A stretch of 64,000 bases of DNA from Escherichia coli (GTDB lineage Bacteria; Pseudomonadota; Gammaproteobacteria; Enterobacterales; Enterobacteriaceae), in NCBI RefSeq assembly GCF_024502345.1, contig NZ_JALDNN010000001.1; one strand, 5' to 3'. Of this stretch, positions 33,182 through 42,859 are shown one piece after another. The first letter of the stretch is position 1; each line of letters opens with the position of its first letter. Below the pieces are notes generated by a model. The model was given only the letters and a program-made list of their open reading frames with translations. It had not been told where the DNA came from and made no database searches. Both the position numbers and the translations under genes were made by a program.

Positions 33182-33657
33182 ATGAGTGATATTATTTACC
33201 TGACCATAACCGGAGAACAACAAGGATGTATTTCCTCTCGTTGTGGAACGAGCGCATCAATAGGTAATCGCTGGCAGATTGGCCATGATGATGAAATCTT
33301 CGCGTTCTCGCTCTCTAATAGTATTACGAATACAGGCAAAGGGTCATAATTGCATGGCCTTAGTTTCTGTAAATTGATTGACAAAAGCTCCCCGTTACTT
33401 ATTAACGCTATTAACAATAACGAGCAGTTGTTCATGGAGTTTGACTTCTATCGGATCAATAGGTTTGGTCGATGGGAGAAATATTACAACATTCAACTCC
33501 GCGGCGCGCTCTTATCAGCAATCAATCACCTGTTTACTGAGAACAATCTGGATACAGAAGCCATCACTGTCAGTTATGAATATATACTCTCCAGGCATCT
33601 GATTGCTAATACTGAATTTAGTTATTTGGCATTTCCCGATAACTACAACCGTCTGTT
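33182..33657 (+). pseudogene. Hcp-family (T6SS tube protein) domain, N-terminal part of a disrupted Hcp-fused toxin gene
   Basis: ATG at 33182 gives MSDIIYLTITGEQQG...; the frame hits TAA at 33347-33349 and resumes in the same frame with the Hcp-like stretch FCKLIDKSSPLL. The reading frame then runs into the IS903 end at 33658. Confidence 0.7.
33649..33657. repeat. IS903 target-site duplication, left copy (CCGTCTGTT)
   Basis: The identical 9-mer recurs at 34715-34723, immediately outside the two inverted repeats. Confidence 0.9.
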
Positions 33658-34714
33658 GGCTTTGTTGAATAAATCGAACTTTTGCTGAGTTGAAGGATCA
33701 GATCACGTATCTTCCCGACAACGCAGACCGTTCCGTGGCAAAGCAAAAGTTCAAAATCACCAACTGGCCCACCTACAATAAAGCCCTCATCAACCGTGGC
33801 TCCATAACTTTCTGGCTGGATGATGAAGCTATTCAGGCCTGGTATGAGTCAGCAACACCTTCTTCACGAGGCAGACCTCAGCGCTATTCTGACCTTGCCA
33901 TCACGACTGTGCTGGTCATTAAACGCGTATTCAGGCTGACCCTGCGCGCTGCGCAGGGCTTTATTGATTCCATTTTTTCTCTGATGAACGTTCCGCTACG
34001 CTGCCCGGATTACAGCTGTGTCAGCAGGCGGGCAAAGTCGGTTAATGTCAGTTTCAAAACGCCCACCCGGGGTGAAATCGCACACCTGGTAATTGATTCC
34101 ACCGGGCTGAAGGTCTTCGGTGAAGGCGAGTGGAAAGTCAAAAAGCATGGCCAGGAACGCCGCCGTATCTGGCGTAAGCTGCATCTCGCCGTTGACAGTA
34201 AAACACATGAAATCATCTGCGCTGACCTGTCGCTGAACAACGTTACGGACTCAGAGGCCTTCCCCGGGTTAATCCGGCAAACCCACCGGAAAATCAGGTC
34301 AGCCGCCGCCGATGGCGCTTACGATACCCGGCTATGTCACGATGAACTGCGGCGTAAGAAAATCAGCGCGCTTATCCCTCCCCGAAAAGGTGCGGGTTAC
34401 TGGCCCGGTGAATATGCAGACCGTAACCGTGCAGTGGCTAATCAGCGAATGACCGGGAGTAATGCGCGGTGGAAATGGACAACAGATTACAACCGTCGCT
34501 CGATAGCGGAAACGGCGATGTACCGGGTAAAACAGCTGTTCGGGGGTTCACTGACACTGCGTGACTACGATGGTCAGGTTGCAGAGGCTATGGCCCTGGT
34601 ACGAGCGCTGAACAAAATGACGAAAGCAGGTATGCCTGAAAGCGTGCGTATTGCCTGAAAACACAACCCGCTACGGGGGAGACTTACCCGAAATCTGATT
34701 TATTCAACAAAGCC
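33658..34714 (+). mobile_element. IS903-type insertion sequence (IS5 family), 1057 bp
   Basis: Terminal 18-bp inverted repeats GGCTTTGTTGAATAAATC (33658-33675, and reverse complement at 34697-34714); internal 322-aa ORF; flanked by a 9-bp direct repeat. Confidence 0.9.
33690..34658 (+). CDS. IS903-type DDE transposase
   Basis: 322-aa ORF matching my recollection of the IS903/IS102 transposase. Confidence 0.85.
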   Translation: MKDQITYLPDNADRSVAKQKFKITNWPTYNKALINRGSITFWLDDEAIQAWYESATPSSRGRPQRYSDLAITTVLVIKRVFRLTLRAAQGFIDSIFSLMNVPLRCPDYSCVSRRAKSVNVSFKTPTRGEIAHLVIDSTGLKVFGEGEWKVKKHGQERRRIWRKLHLAVDSKTHEIICADLSLNNVTDSEAFPGLIRQTHRKIRSAAADGAYDTRLCHDELRRKKISALIPPRKGAGYWPGEYADRNRAVANQRMTGSNARWKWTTDYNRRSIAETAMYRVKQLFGGSLTLRDYDGQVAEAMALVRALNKMTKAGMPESVRIA

Positions 34715-34723
34715 CCGTCTGTT
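34715..34723. repeat. IS903 target-site duplication, right copy (CCGTCTGTT)
   Basis: Exact 9-bp match to 33649-33657. Confidence 0.9.
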
Positions 34724-34753
34724 TATACCACGGCCAAAAACTAAAGCTGGTAA

Positions 34754-35395
34754 TGGTTCAAAACACTTAATAGTAAAGCGGTTGGCAGACTGCTTGCTGC
34801 TGGCGGCATATACAATGGGAATATCGAAGGATTCAGGGAAACAGCAGACAAGTTGGGGGGAGATGCACCTGCTGGTTACGATCAATTTATGGATAACAAA
34901 GGGTTACTCATCGCTGGTGCTTCAATAGTTGCTGGAGCAGTTCTGGGGAGAATGAGACTCCCTGATTTGGAATCACTTGAGCATTTCGGAGCCAGAGGAG
35001 CAGTATCAGGAAGACCATTTAATCCCGACCTTGCCGGTGGTCCAATAGAAAATCTGACGACAGATGGCGTAACAATCAACAGGGAAGGTATCGCTATTGT
35101 TGAAAAACACATAGCCAGATTTGGTCATGACCCTGTAAATGAAGTGATGATCAATAGACTGAAAGACATTGAGAAAGGAAAAATCCCCCCAGAACAAGTA
35201 GATCTTAACTTCTATACTCATGAGTGTCGGGAATATCAGCGTTACTGTAATCTTGGTTGGGAAACAGGACAACCTGATGGTGACGCAGGCTATGCACTCT
35301 GGAATCATACGCATACTGCTACTCTAGAAGATTATAAACTTAAGGGAGAACTTAATGACTTATACCACCAGGATGCACTTGACTATGATAACTGA
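34754..35395 (+). pseudogene. toxin-like C-terminal domain of the disrupted Hcp-fused gene (family not identified)
   Basis: Open frame of 213 codons after a stop at 34751; no ATG near its 5' end (the ORF track uses TTG at 34853). It begins with a Gly/Ala-rich linker (GRLLAAGGIYNGNIEGF...DKLGGDAPAGYDQF). It is in a different frame from the pre-insertion Hcp frame. Confidence 0.5.
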
Positions 35396-35630
35396 AACTG
35401 AAATTAACGTACTGAAAGTTATGGCTGAGAAAGATATAAACTGGAACTGGATGAATCTCGATCGCACACTATCCATAAGGCAAATTCCAGGATTCGGTAA
35501 TGTTGTTAACATTGTTAACAAATTAGCTAACGAGGGTTTGGTTATTATTGAGGATAGCGGACATAAGTCTATGCCTCACTACCACGTTACTGAAAAGGGA
35601 TACAATTTCGTGAAAAGTGAGAATAAATAA
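35355..35630 (+). CDS. putative cognate immunity protein (small cytoplasmic protein)
   Basis: 91-aa ORF with AAGGGAGAA Shine-Dalgarno 6 bp upstream of the ATG at 35355; overlaps the 3' end of the toxin-like ORF (alternative ATG at 35385 overlaps its TGA). Confidence 0.5.
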   Translation: MTYTTRMHLTMITETEINVLKVMAEKDINWNWMNLDRTLSIRQIPGFGNVVNIVNKLANEGLVIIEDSGHKSMPHYHVTEKGYNFVKSENK

Positions 35631-35777
35631 CGTAGCGTTGATTACTGAACAAATCGCTCAGGATTATATTTTGCGTAAAAATGATTCGGTTATTTCTGTA
35701 TCTGAACGGGCGCAGATAGCAAAATGGCTTCCGGTGATGGAAGCCATCAGATTATTGGCAAAGTGCGCGTTGTTCAT

Positions 35778-35818
35778 GCCGGATGCGGCGTGAACGCCTT
35801 GTCCGGCCAACAAAACTC
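35778..35818. repeat. REP element
   Basis: gccggatgcggcgtgaacgccttgtccggcc. Confidence 0.7.
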
Positions 35819-35914
35819 AAAAATTCAATAAATTGCATAAATTATGTAGGCCTGGTATCAGGCAGTTTTGCCTCTTTCATCGTACTGCAATTTACAGTGA
35901 CTCGTTAATATTCA

Positions 35915-38176
35915 TCATCCCCGACGCAAATTCTGCGCCGCCTGCACCATGTTCGCCAGTGCCGCGCGGGTTTCTGGCCAGCCGCGCGTTTTCAGGCCAC
36001 AGTCCGGGTTGACCCACAGGCGCTCTGCCGGAATGCGTTTTGCCGCTTTCTTCAGCAAGGCTTCAATCCATTCCACGCTCGGTACGTTTGGCGAGTGAAT
36101 GTCATAGACGCCTGGACCGATTTCATTCGGATAATCAAACTCTTCAAACGACTCCAGCAACTCCATGTCGGAACGCGAGGTTTCGATGGTGATGACGTCT
36201 GCATCCAGTGCCGCAATCGAATCCATGATGTCGTTGAACTCGCAATAACACATGTGAGTGTGGATTTGTGTGTCATCTTTCGCCACGGCGGCGTTGATAC
36301 GGAAGGCCTCCACGCCCCACTGGAGATATGCATCCCAGTCGCTACGACGCAGCGGTAAACCTTCGCGCAGCGCCGGTTCATCAATCTGGATGATGCCAAT
36401 TCCTGCGGCTTCCAGGTCCGCCACTTCATCACGCAGCGCCAGCGCAATTTGTTTGGCGATGGTTTCACGGCTGACATCTTCACGCGGGAACGACCAGCAG
36501 AGAATGGTCACCGGGCCAGTCAGCATCCCTTTCACCGGTTTATCAGTCAGAGATTGCGCATACTTCGCCCACTCCACGGTAATCGGTGCCGGGCGGCTAA
36601 TGTCACCAATGACAATCGGTGGCTTCACGCAGCGGGAACCGTAGCTCTGTACCCAACCGTTTTGCGTAAAGACAAATCCGTCGAGGTGCTCGCCAAAGTA
36701 TTCCACCATGTCATTACGCTCGGCCTCGCCATGTACCAGCACATCCAGTCCCAAACGTTCCTGTTCAACAATGGCCTGCTTGATATGTTCCGCAATGCCC
36801 GTGCGGTAGTTGTTGGCGTCGAGATTACCCTTTTTGAAATCCAGACGCAGGGTACGAATTTCCGTGGTTTGCGGGAAGGAACCAATCGTGGTGGTCGGCC
36901 ACGCTGGCAGTTTAAAACGCGCACGCTGGGCTTCGGCACGCACTTCATAGACATTCGCACGCTGGCTGTCCTGGGCGGTGATCGCCGCCAGACGCTTTTC
37001 TACTGCCGGGTTATGTACACGAGTAGAGTGACGACGCGCCTGAATTGGAGCGCTCCACTCTGCCAGAGCTGCCGTATCACCACTGTTCAGCGCATCTCGC
37101 AGCAGTGCCAGTTCATGACATTTTTGCAGGGCGAAGGCAAACCAGCTTTTCACTTCTGCATCAAGACGCGTTTCCACGCTCAGGTCGATGGGGCTGTGCA
37201 GCAACGAGCAGGAAGATGCCACCCACAAATCACGTTTGCCGACAATGTCCTTAATTTGCGCATATTTCTCAGTAAGATCGGCGCGCCAGACGTTACGACC
37301 ATTGATCAGACCCGCAGACAGCAGCCAGTCAGAAGGCAGGCGCTTGTGCAGTTCAACAACGTCATCTTTACCATGTACAAGGTCCACATGCAGCCCCTGA
37401 ACAGGCAGCGCAGTAATCGTGTCGAGATTTGGCGTTACGCCTTCAAAATAGGTGGTCAGCAGCAGTTTCACCTGTCCCTGGAGCGCGTCGTAAGCGGGTT
37501 TGTATGCGTCCAGCCACGCCTGTGGTAGTTCCAGTACCAGCGCGGGTTCATCAATCTGTACCCACTCGATGCCGCGTTTCGCCAGTTCTGCCAGCACTTG
37601 CTGATAAACCGGCAGAATGTCGTTCAGCAGGCTAAGGCGGTCAAACTGTTCACCTTTCACTTTCCCCAGCCACAGGTAAGTAACCGGCCCCAGCAGCACA
37701 GGCTTAACGTTGTGGCCCAGCGCCAGCGCCTCGTCCACTTCCTCCAGCAGCTGCGTCCAGGTCAGTTTGAACTGTTGGCCTTTAACGAACTCCGGCACCA
37801 TGTAGTGATAGTTGGTGTTAAACCATTTGGTCATTTCCGCTGCCGCCGCAGGTTCGCCAGTCGGCGCACGTCCACGACCAATACGGAACAGGGTGTCGAT
37901 ATCTACCGAACCGTCTTTGTTCTGATGACGTGGCGGAACATTACCCAGCAGCAAACTGGTGGTCAGTACATGATCGTACCAGGCAAAATCGCCCACCGGC
38001 AGCAGGTCGATACCCGCTTGCTTTTGTTGATCCCAGTGACGAGCACGCAGTTCACGCCCTACTGTCAGCAGTTCTTCACGCGTGGAGTTCCCCGCCCAAT
38101 AACTTTCTTGCGCTTTTTTCAGCTCGCGACGCAGGCCAACGCGAGGGAAACCGAGGGTGTGATTCAATATTGTCAT
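35915..38176 (-). CDS. metE: cobalamin-independent methionine synthase
   Basis: 753 aa, begins [30 protein letters not shown]. Confidence 0.95.
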   Translation of the reverse strand: MTILNHTLGFPRVGLRRELKKAQESYWAGNSTREELLTVGRELRARHWDQQKQAGIDLLPVGDFAWYDHVLTTSLLLGNVPPRHQNKDGSVDIDTLFRIGRGRAPTGEPAAAAEMTKWFNTNYHYMVPEFVKGQQFKLTWTQLLEEVDEALALGHNVKPVLLGPVTYLWLGKVKGEQFDRLSLLNDILPVYQQVLAELAKRGIEWVQIDEPALVLELPQAWLDAYKPAYDALQGQVKLLLTTYFEGVTPNLDTITALPVQGLHVDLVHGKDDVVELHKRLPSDWLLSAGLINGRNVWRADLTEKYAQIKDIVGKRDLWVASSCSLLHSPIDLSVETRLDAEVKSWFAFALQKCHELALLRDALNSGDTAALAEWSAPIQARRHSTRVHNPAVEKRLAAITAQDSQRANVYEVRAEAQRARFKLPAWPTTTIGSFPQTTEIRTLRLDFKKGNLDANNYRTGIAEHIKQAIVEQERLGLDVLVHGEAERNDMVEYFGEHLDGFVFTQNGWVQSYGSRCVKPPIVIGDISRPAPITVEWAKYAQSLTDKPVKGMLTGPVTILCWSFPREDVSRETIAKQIALALRDEVADLEAAGIGIIQIDEPALREGLPLRRSDWDAYLQWGVEAFRINAAVAKDDTQIHTHMCYCEFNDIMDSIAALDADVITIETSRSDMELLESFEEFDYPNEIGPGVYDIHSPNVPSVEWIEALLKKAAKRIPAERLWVNPDCGLKTRGWPETRAALANMVQAAQNLRRG

Positions 38177-38411
38177 TTTTCTTCCTCTAATTATATGTAA
38201 ATCCTATGGATTTTGAATTTAGGGAAGGCGGCAAGTTTATTCATCCCCGGGAGCTTACTGAAGTAAGTGACCGGGGTGGAGAAACGCAGCCAACGCACCA
38301 TAAATTTAAAAGACGAAGGATTTTAGCCGTCCAGATGTTTACACATCCATAATTGGCGGTTACTGTATATTCCTCAAGCGCAAATTATTCATGCCGAAGT
38401 GAAGGACTTTC

Positions 38412-39365
38412 ATGATCGAAGTAAAACACCTGAAAACGCTACAAGCGTTGCGGAACTGCGGCTCTCTCGCAGCCGCTGCGGCGACGTTGCATCAGACGCA
38501 ATCCGCCCTGTCTCACCAGTTTAGCGATCTGGAACAACGCCTTGGCTTCCGGCTATTTGTGCGTAAGAGCCAGCCGCTACGCTTTACACCGCAGGGAGAA
38601 ATCCTGTTGCAACTGGCAAACCAGGTGCTGCCGCAAATCAGCCAGGCACTGCAAGCCTGCAATGAACCGCAGCAGACGCGTCTGCGCATTGCCATTGAGT
38701 GCCATAGCTGTATTCAGTGGCTGACGCCCGCGTTAGAAAATTTCCATAAGAACTGGCCGCAGGTAGAGATGGATTTTAAATCGGGCGTGACGTTTGACCC
38801 GCAGCCCGCGTTGCAACAGGGCGAGCTGGATCTGGTGATGACCTCCGATATCCTGCCGCGCAGTGGCCTGCATTATTCGCCGATGTTCGATTATGAAGTA
38901 CGCCTGGTGTTAGCACCTGACCATCCACTGGCGGCAAAAACGCGTATTACACCGGAAGATCTCGCCAGCGAGACGCTATTAATTTATCCGGTGCAGCGTA
39001 GTCGACTGGATGTCTGGCGGCATTTTCTTCAGCCGGCAGGCGTCAGCCCGTCACTGAAAAGCGTCGATAACACCTTATTGTTGATTCAGATGGTTGCCGC
39101 GCGGATGGGTATTGCCGCGCTACCGCATTGGGTAGTAGAGAGTTTTGAGCGCCAGGGTCTGGTGGTGACCAAAACCCTGGGCGAAGGCTTGTGGAGCCGA
39201 CTGTACGCCGCCGTGCGCGATGGCGAGCAGCGTCAGCCAGTTACGGAAGCGTTTATTCGCTCAGCGCGCAATCACGCCTGCGATCATCTGCCGTTTGTGA
39301 AGAGCGCGGAGCGACCCACTTACGATGCACCCACAGTGAGGCCAGGATCACCAGCGCGCCTGTAA
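38412..39365 (+). CDS. metR: LysR-family transcriptional regulator MetR
   Basis: 317 aa, begins [41 protein letters not shown]; divergent from metE. Confidence 0.95.
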
Positions 39366-40152
39366 TAAACGTTGGCCAGTGCGGCTGTTGGTGCCAGATA
39401 GCCAGGTTAACCAGCAGCCCTGCCGGAACGTGCATATTATTCATAATGCCCAGCGTTCCGGCGTCCACCTGCGTCGCGCCGTAGTTCCACATAAAGTAGC
39501 CAATCCCGGAAGCCACCACGCCAAGAAACACCAGAATGCCCCATTGCAACGTGGTTTGCGGCATTTTCTGCGCATTTCCCAGCAAGAACCATGCAATTAC
39601 CGCCACCAGGAACGCGCCAAGATAGAACCACGCAAAGGCGTTATGCTGCGGCATCGGGCGAGTTTCCATCAGGCGTTTGTAACCCACCATGCCGATGGCA
39701 AAAGTGATATTGGAGAGTTGCACCAGCAACAAGCCAGTCCAGAAATGGTCGGTGACCTGATCATAGCGAATAATCCCGGCACCAATCACCGCCAACAAGG
39801 CACTAAAAGCATATCCCCAGCGCAGACGGCGCTTACTCATGATGTCATAAATCAGCGTGATGTAGAGCGGCGTCAGTACGGTGAACAGCAGCAGTTCGGA
39901 AACCGTCAGGTAGAGATAAGCGCGGAAACTCAGCATATACATCACGCCGAGCTGCATCGCGCCCACCAGCATATACAGGCCGACTGTTTTCAGGCTATTG
40001 CCACGGGTACGCAGAAACGGCAGAAAAACGAGTGCCGCCAGGCCAACGCGCACCAGCACCGCAAAATAGCTATCGACGTGCCCCGCAAGGTACTCGCCAT
40101 AAAAGCTAAAGGAGAAGGCCCACAGAATCGTGGTGATGATAAGTAGCGCCAC
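39253..40152 (-). CDS. yigM: EamA/DMT-family membrane transporter YigM (biotin transporter BioP)
   Basis: 299-aa polytopic membrane protein; its 3' end overlaps the metR 3' end convergently by 113 bp. Confidence 0.85.
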
Positions 40153-40227
40153 AATGGAAAACTCTTTGATTAACGAGTATCCATTGTAGCGAAGTATCAG
40201 GTTGACAACTGACCAAATAAAGAACGA

Positions 40228-41028
40228 TTACGATAAATAGAGTTTACGCAGATAATGCGGCACCGCGTCGTCGGCATTAGTACCAATCACTTCCAGCTCG
40301 GGATGAAGGTCTTTCAGACGCTGGTGCGCACTGCCCATAATGCAGCCTTTCCCCGCCATCGACAGCATTTCGGCATCGTTCATCCCGTCACCAAACGCAA
40401 TACAATCCTTCAGGCTGTAGCCCAGTTTCTTCGCCACCGCTTCCAGCGCATGGCCTTTTGAAACGCCGCCCGCCATCACTTCCAGACAGGTTAAGGTAGA
40501 GAAACTAACGTTGACGCGATCGCCCCAACGAGCGTTAATCGCCTGCTCCAGCGGCAGCAGTTGTTCATGGGAATCGCAGGTGAAGAACACTTTGCTGACG
40601 CCTTCCGGCTCCAGTAATCCAGGCTCATACAGCGCATATTTGAACACCGCTTCTTTAAAAAAGCGCATCTCTTCCGGGCGATGGCGATTCATAAACCATT
40701 CGTCGTCGCGATAAACGTTAGTAATGATGTCCGGATTGTCGTTGACTACGCCAAACAGATCGCTGGCAATGTCGCGATCCAGGTTATGAGCAAAAATCAG
40801 ATTGCCATCCAGATCGTGAACGCGCGCGCCGTTGGAGGTGATCATGTACGACTTGATCTCCAGATTATCGCGAATTTGCCCCACATCAACGTGGTGACGA
40901 CCGGTCGCAAACACAAAGTTGATGCCGCGCGCGGTGAGCAGCTTCAGGGTTTCTTTGGCGTAAGGGGATAACGTATGGTCGGGAGAAAGTAACGTGCCAT
41001 CTAAATCAGACGCAACAACCTGGTACAT
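40228..41028 (-). CDS. yigL: HAD-family sugar/pyridoxal phosphate phosphatase YigL
   Basis: ORF 40228..41154; the start is MYQVVASDLDGTLL at 41028 (266 aa); HAD motif DLDGT. Confidence 0.9.
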   Translation of the reverse strand: MYQVVASDLDGTLLSPDHTLSPYAKETLKLLTARGINFVFATGRHHVDVGQIRDNLEIKSYMITSNGARVHDLDGNLIFAHNLDRDIASDLFGVVNDNPDIITNVYRDDEWFMNRHRPEEMRFFKEAVFKYALYEPGLLEPEGVSKVFFTCDSHEQLLPLEQAINARWGDRVNVSFSTLTCLEVMAGGVSKGHALEAVAKKLGYSLKDCIAFGDGMNDAEMLSMAGKGCIMGSAHQRLKDLHPELEVIGTNADDAVPHYLRKLYLS

Positions 41029-41035
41029 AAGAAAT

Positions 41036-42058
41036 TTAAACCTCTGTAGAGCGGTTTCCGCTGGGTGAGTTATGCCTGTTGAAAAAATCAACAATGGCGT
41101 GGAGCGCGACTGAGCGCATTGCGTCCTTTTCAAAAAGGATCTCATGGTAAGCACCTTTAATTACCAACGGTCGTCCTCCTTCGACAGGATGGCCCGCGGC
41201 GGTGCGGAGTTCACAAAAACGGTCATGCATGCGGTTATCCACCACGCGTTCCTCTTCAGCCTGCAAGAGAAGCGTTGGCGTGGCGTCATCACCCGCACCG
41301 GCTAACACCTGTTCGCCAGCCAGAATACTTTCGCGTACCCAATGGTAGGTCGGCCCACCGACGCGAATCGTTGGGTCATCAGCATAGAAGCGTAAGTTAC
41401 GTCGATATCGCTGTCTGCTGTGGGTCAGTACGTTGATAGCAAACGGCAACGCGCGCCAGCGCCCGGTGCCTATTGCATAGCCATCACGGAAACGTGGATG
41501 CGCTTCGGCCCAGTTGAGGATCTGCCGTGCCATAAATGACGGCATACGAATCACGATCCCAAACATTGGCGCAGTTAGCGCAATGGCGTCACATACACCT
41601 GGATGGCGTTGCAGAAATAATGTGGAGATCGCACCGCCCATCGAATGTGCCAGTATATAGCGTTTACGCCACGGACCGGGCTGGACCTCCTGTTGCCAGA
41701 ATGCCGCCAGATCATCAACATAATCATTAAAGCGATTAACATGCCCGAGATGCGGATCGGCTAACAGGCGACCGGAACGTCCCTGCCCGCGATGGTCGAT
41801 GATTAAGACATCAAACCCCAAATGGAACAAATCGTAGGCCAGTTCCGCATATTTTACGTAGCTCTCAATACGCCCCGGGCAGATGACTACCACCCGGTCA
41901 TGGTGCTGTGCGCGAAAACGGACAAAGCGCACCGGAATGTCATCCACACCAGTAAACTCTGCTTCATCACGCTGACGCCAGAAATCAGTCAGCGGTCCCA
42001 TGGTAAAAGCAGCAAACGCGTTTTCTCTTGTTTCCCAGTCTTTTTGCTGTTGAAACAT
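41036..42058 (-). CDS. pldB: lysophospholipase L2
   Basis: 340 aa, alpha/beta hydrolase GHSMGG motif. Confidence 0.9.
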   Translation of the reverse strand: MFQQQKDWETRENAFAAFTMGPLTDFWRQRDEAEFTGVDDIPVRFVRFRAQHHDRVVVICPGRIESYVKYAELAYDLFHLGFDVLIIDHRGQGRSGRLLADPHLGHVNRFNDYVDDLAAFWQQEVQPGPWRKRYILAHSMGGAISTLFLQRHPGVCDAIALTAPMFGIVIRMPSFMARQILNWAEAHPRFRDGYAIGTGRWRALPFAINVLTHSRQRYRRNLRFYADDPTIRVGGPTYHWVRESILAGEQVLAGAGDDATPTLLLQAEEERVVDNRMHDRFCELRTAAGHPVEGGRPLVIKGAYHEILFEKDAMRSVALHAIVDFFNRHNSPSGNRSTEV

Positions 42059-42168
42059 CGGGTAATCTGCCTCTTAAACCACGTAAAATCGTTTTTTTTA
42101 GCGTGCCTGACACAACGCTGCGACAGTAGCGTATTGTGGCACAAAAATAGACACACCGGGAGTTCATC

Positions 42169-42798
42169 ATGACCTTAGAATGGTGGTTTGCCTACCTGCT
42201 GACATCGATCATTTTAAGCCTGTCGCCAGGCTCTGGTGCAATCAACACTATGACCACCTCGCTCAACCACGGTTATCGCGGCGCGGTGGCGTCTATTGCT
42301 GGGCTTCAGACCGGACTGGCGATTCATATTGTGCTGGTTGGCGTGGGGTTGGGGACGCTATTTTCCCGCTCAGTGATTGCGTTTGAAGTGTTGAAGTGGG
42401 CAGGCGCGGCTTACTTGATTTGGCTTGGGATCCAGCAATGGCGCGCCGCTGGCGCAATTGATCTTAAATCGCTGGCCTCTACTCAATCGCGTCGACATTT
42501 GTTCCAGCGCGCAGTTTTTGTGAATCTCACCAATCCCAAAAGTATTGTGTTTCTGGCGGCGCTATTTCCGCAATTCATCATGCCGCAACAGCCGCAACAG
42601 CCGCAACTGATGCAGTATATCGTGCTCGGCGTCACCACTATTGTGGTCGATATTATTGTGATGATCGGTTACGCCACCCTTGCTCAACGGATTGCTCTAT
42701 GGATTAAAGGACCAAAGCAGATGAAGGCGCTGAATAAGATTTTCGGCTCGTTGTTTATGCTGGTGGGAGCGCTGTTAGCATCGGCGAGGCATGCGTGA
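42169..42798 (+). CDS. rhtB: homoserine/homoserine-lactone efflux protein RhtB (LysE family)
   Basis: 209 aa, begins [27 protein letters not shown]; contains an in-frame CCGCAACAG-type repeat (QQPQQPQ). Confidence 0.9.
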   Translation: MTLEWWFAYLLTSIILSLSPGSGAINTMTTSLNHGYRGAVASIAGLQTGLAIHIVLVGVGLGTLFSRSVIAFEVLKWAGAAYLIWLGIQQWRAAGAIDLKSLASTQSRRHLFQRAVFVNLTNPKSIVFLAALFPQFIMPQQPQQPQLMQYIVLGVTTIVVDIIVMIGYATLAQRIALWIKGPKQMKALNKIFGSLFMLVGALLASARHA

Positions 42799-42807
42799 AA
42801 AATAATG

Positions 42808-42837
42808 TCGGATGCGGCGTAAACGCCTTATCCGACT
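42808..42837. repeat. REP element
   Basis: gtcggatgcggcgtaaacgccttatccgac. Confidence 0.7.
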
Positions 42838-42859
42838 TACTCTGAAGACGCGTCTGGCA

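Noticed and set aside
36449-37528. 359-aa plus-strand ORF antisense to metE, plus similar antisense ORFs in fadB (18647..19660), recQ (44240..44947), polA (823..1314) and uvrD (55504..56166)
   Set aside because: Same reasoning: shadow ORFs opposite strongly supported genes, with no independent start or ribosome-binding-site context.
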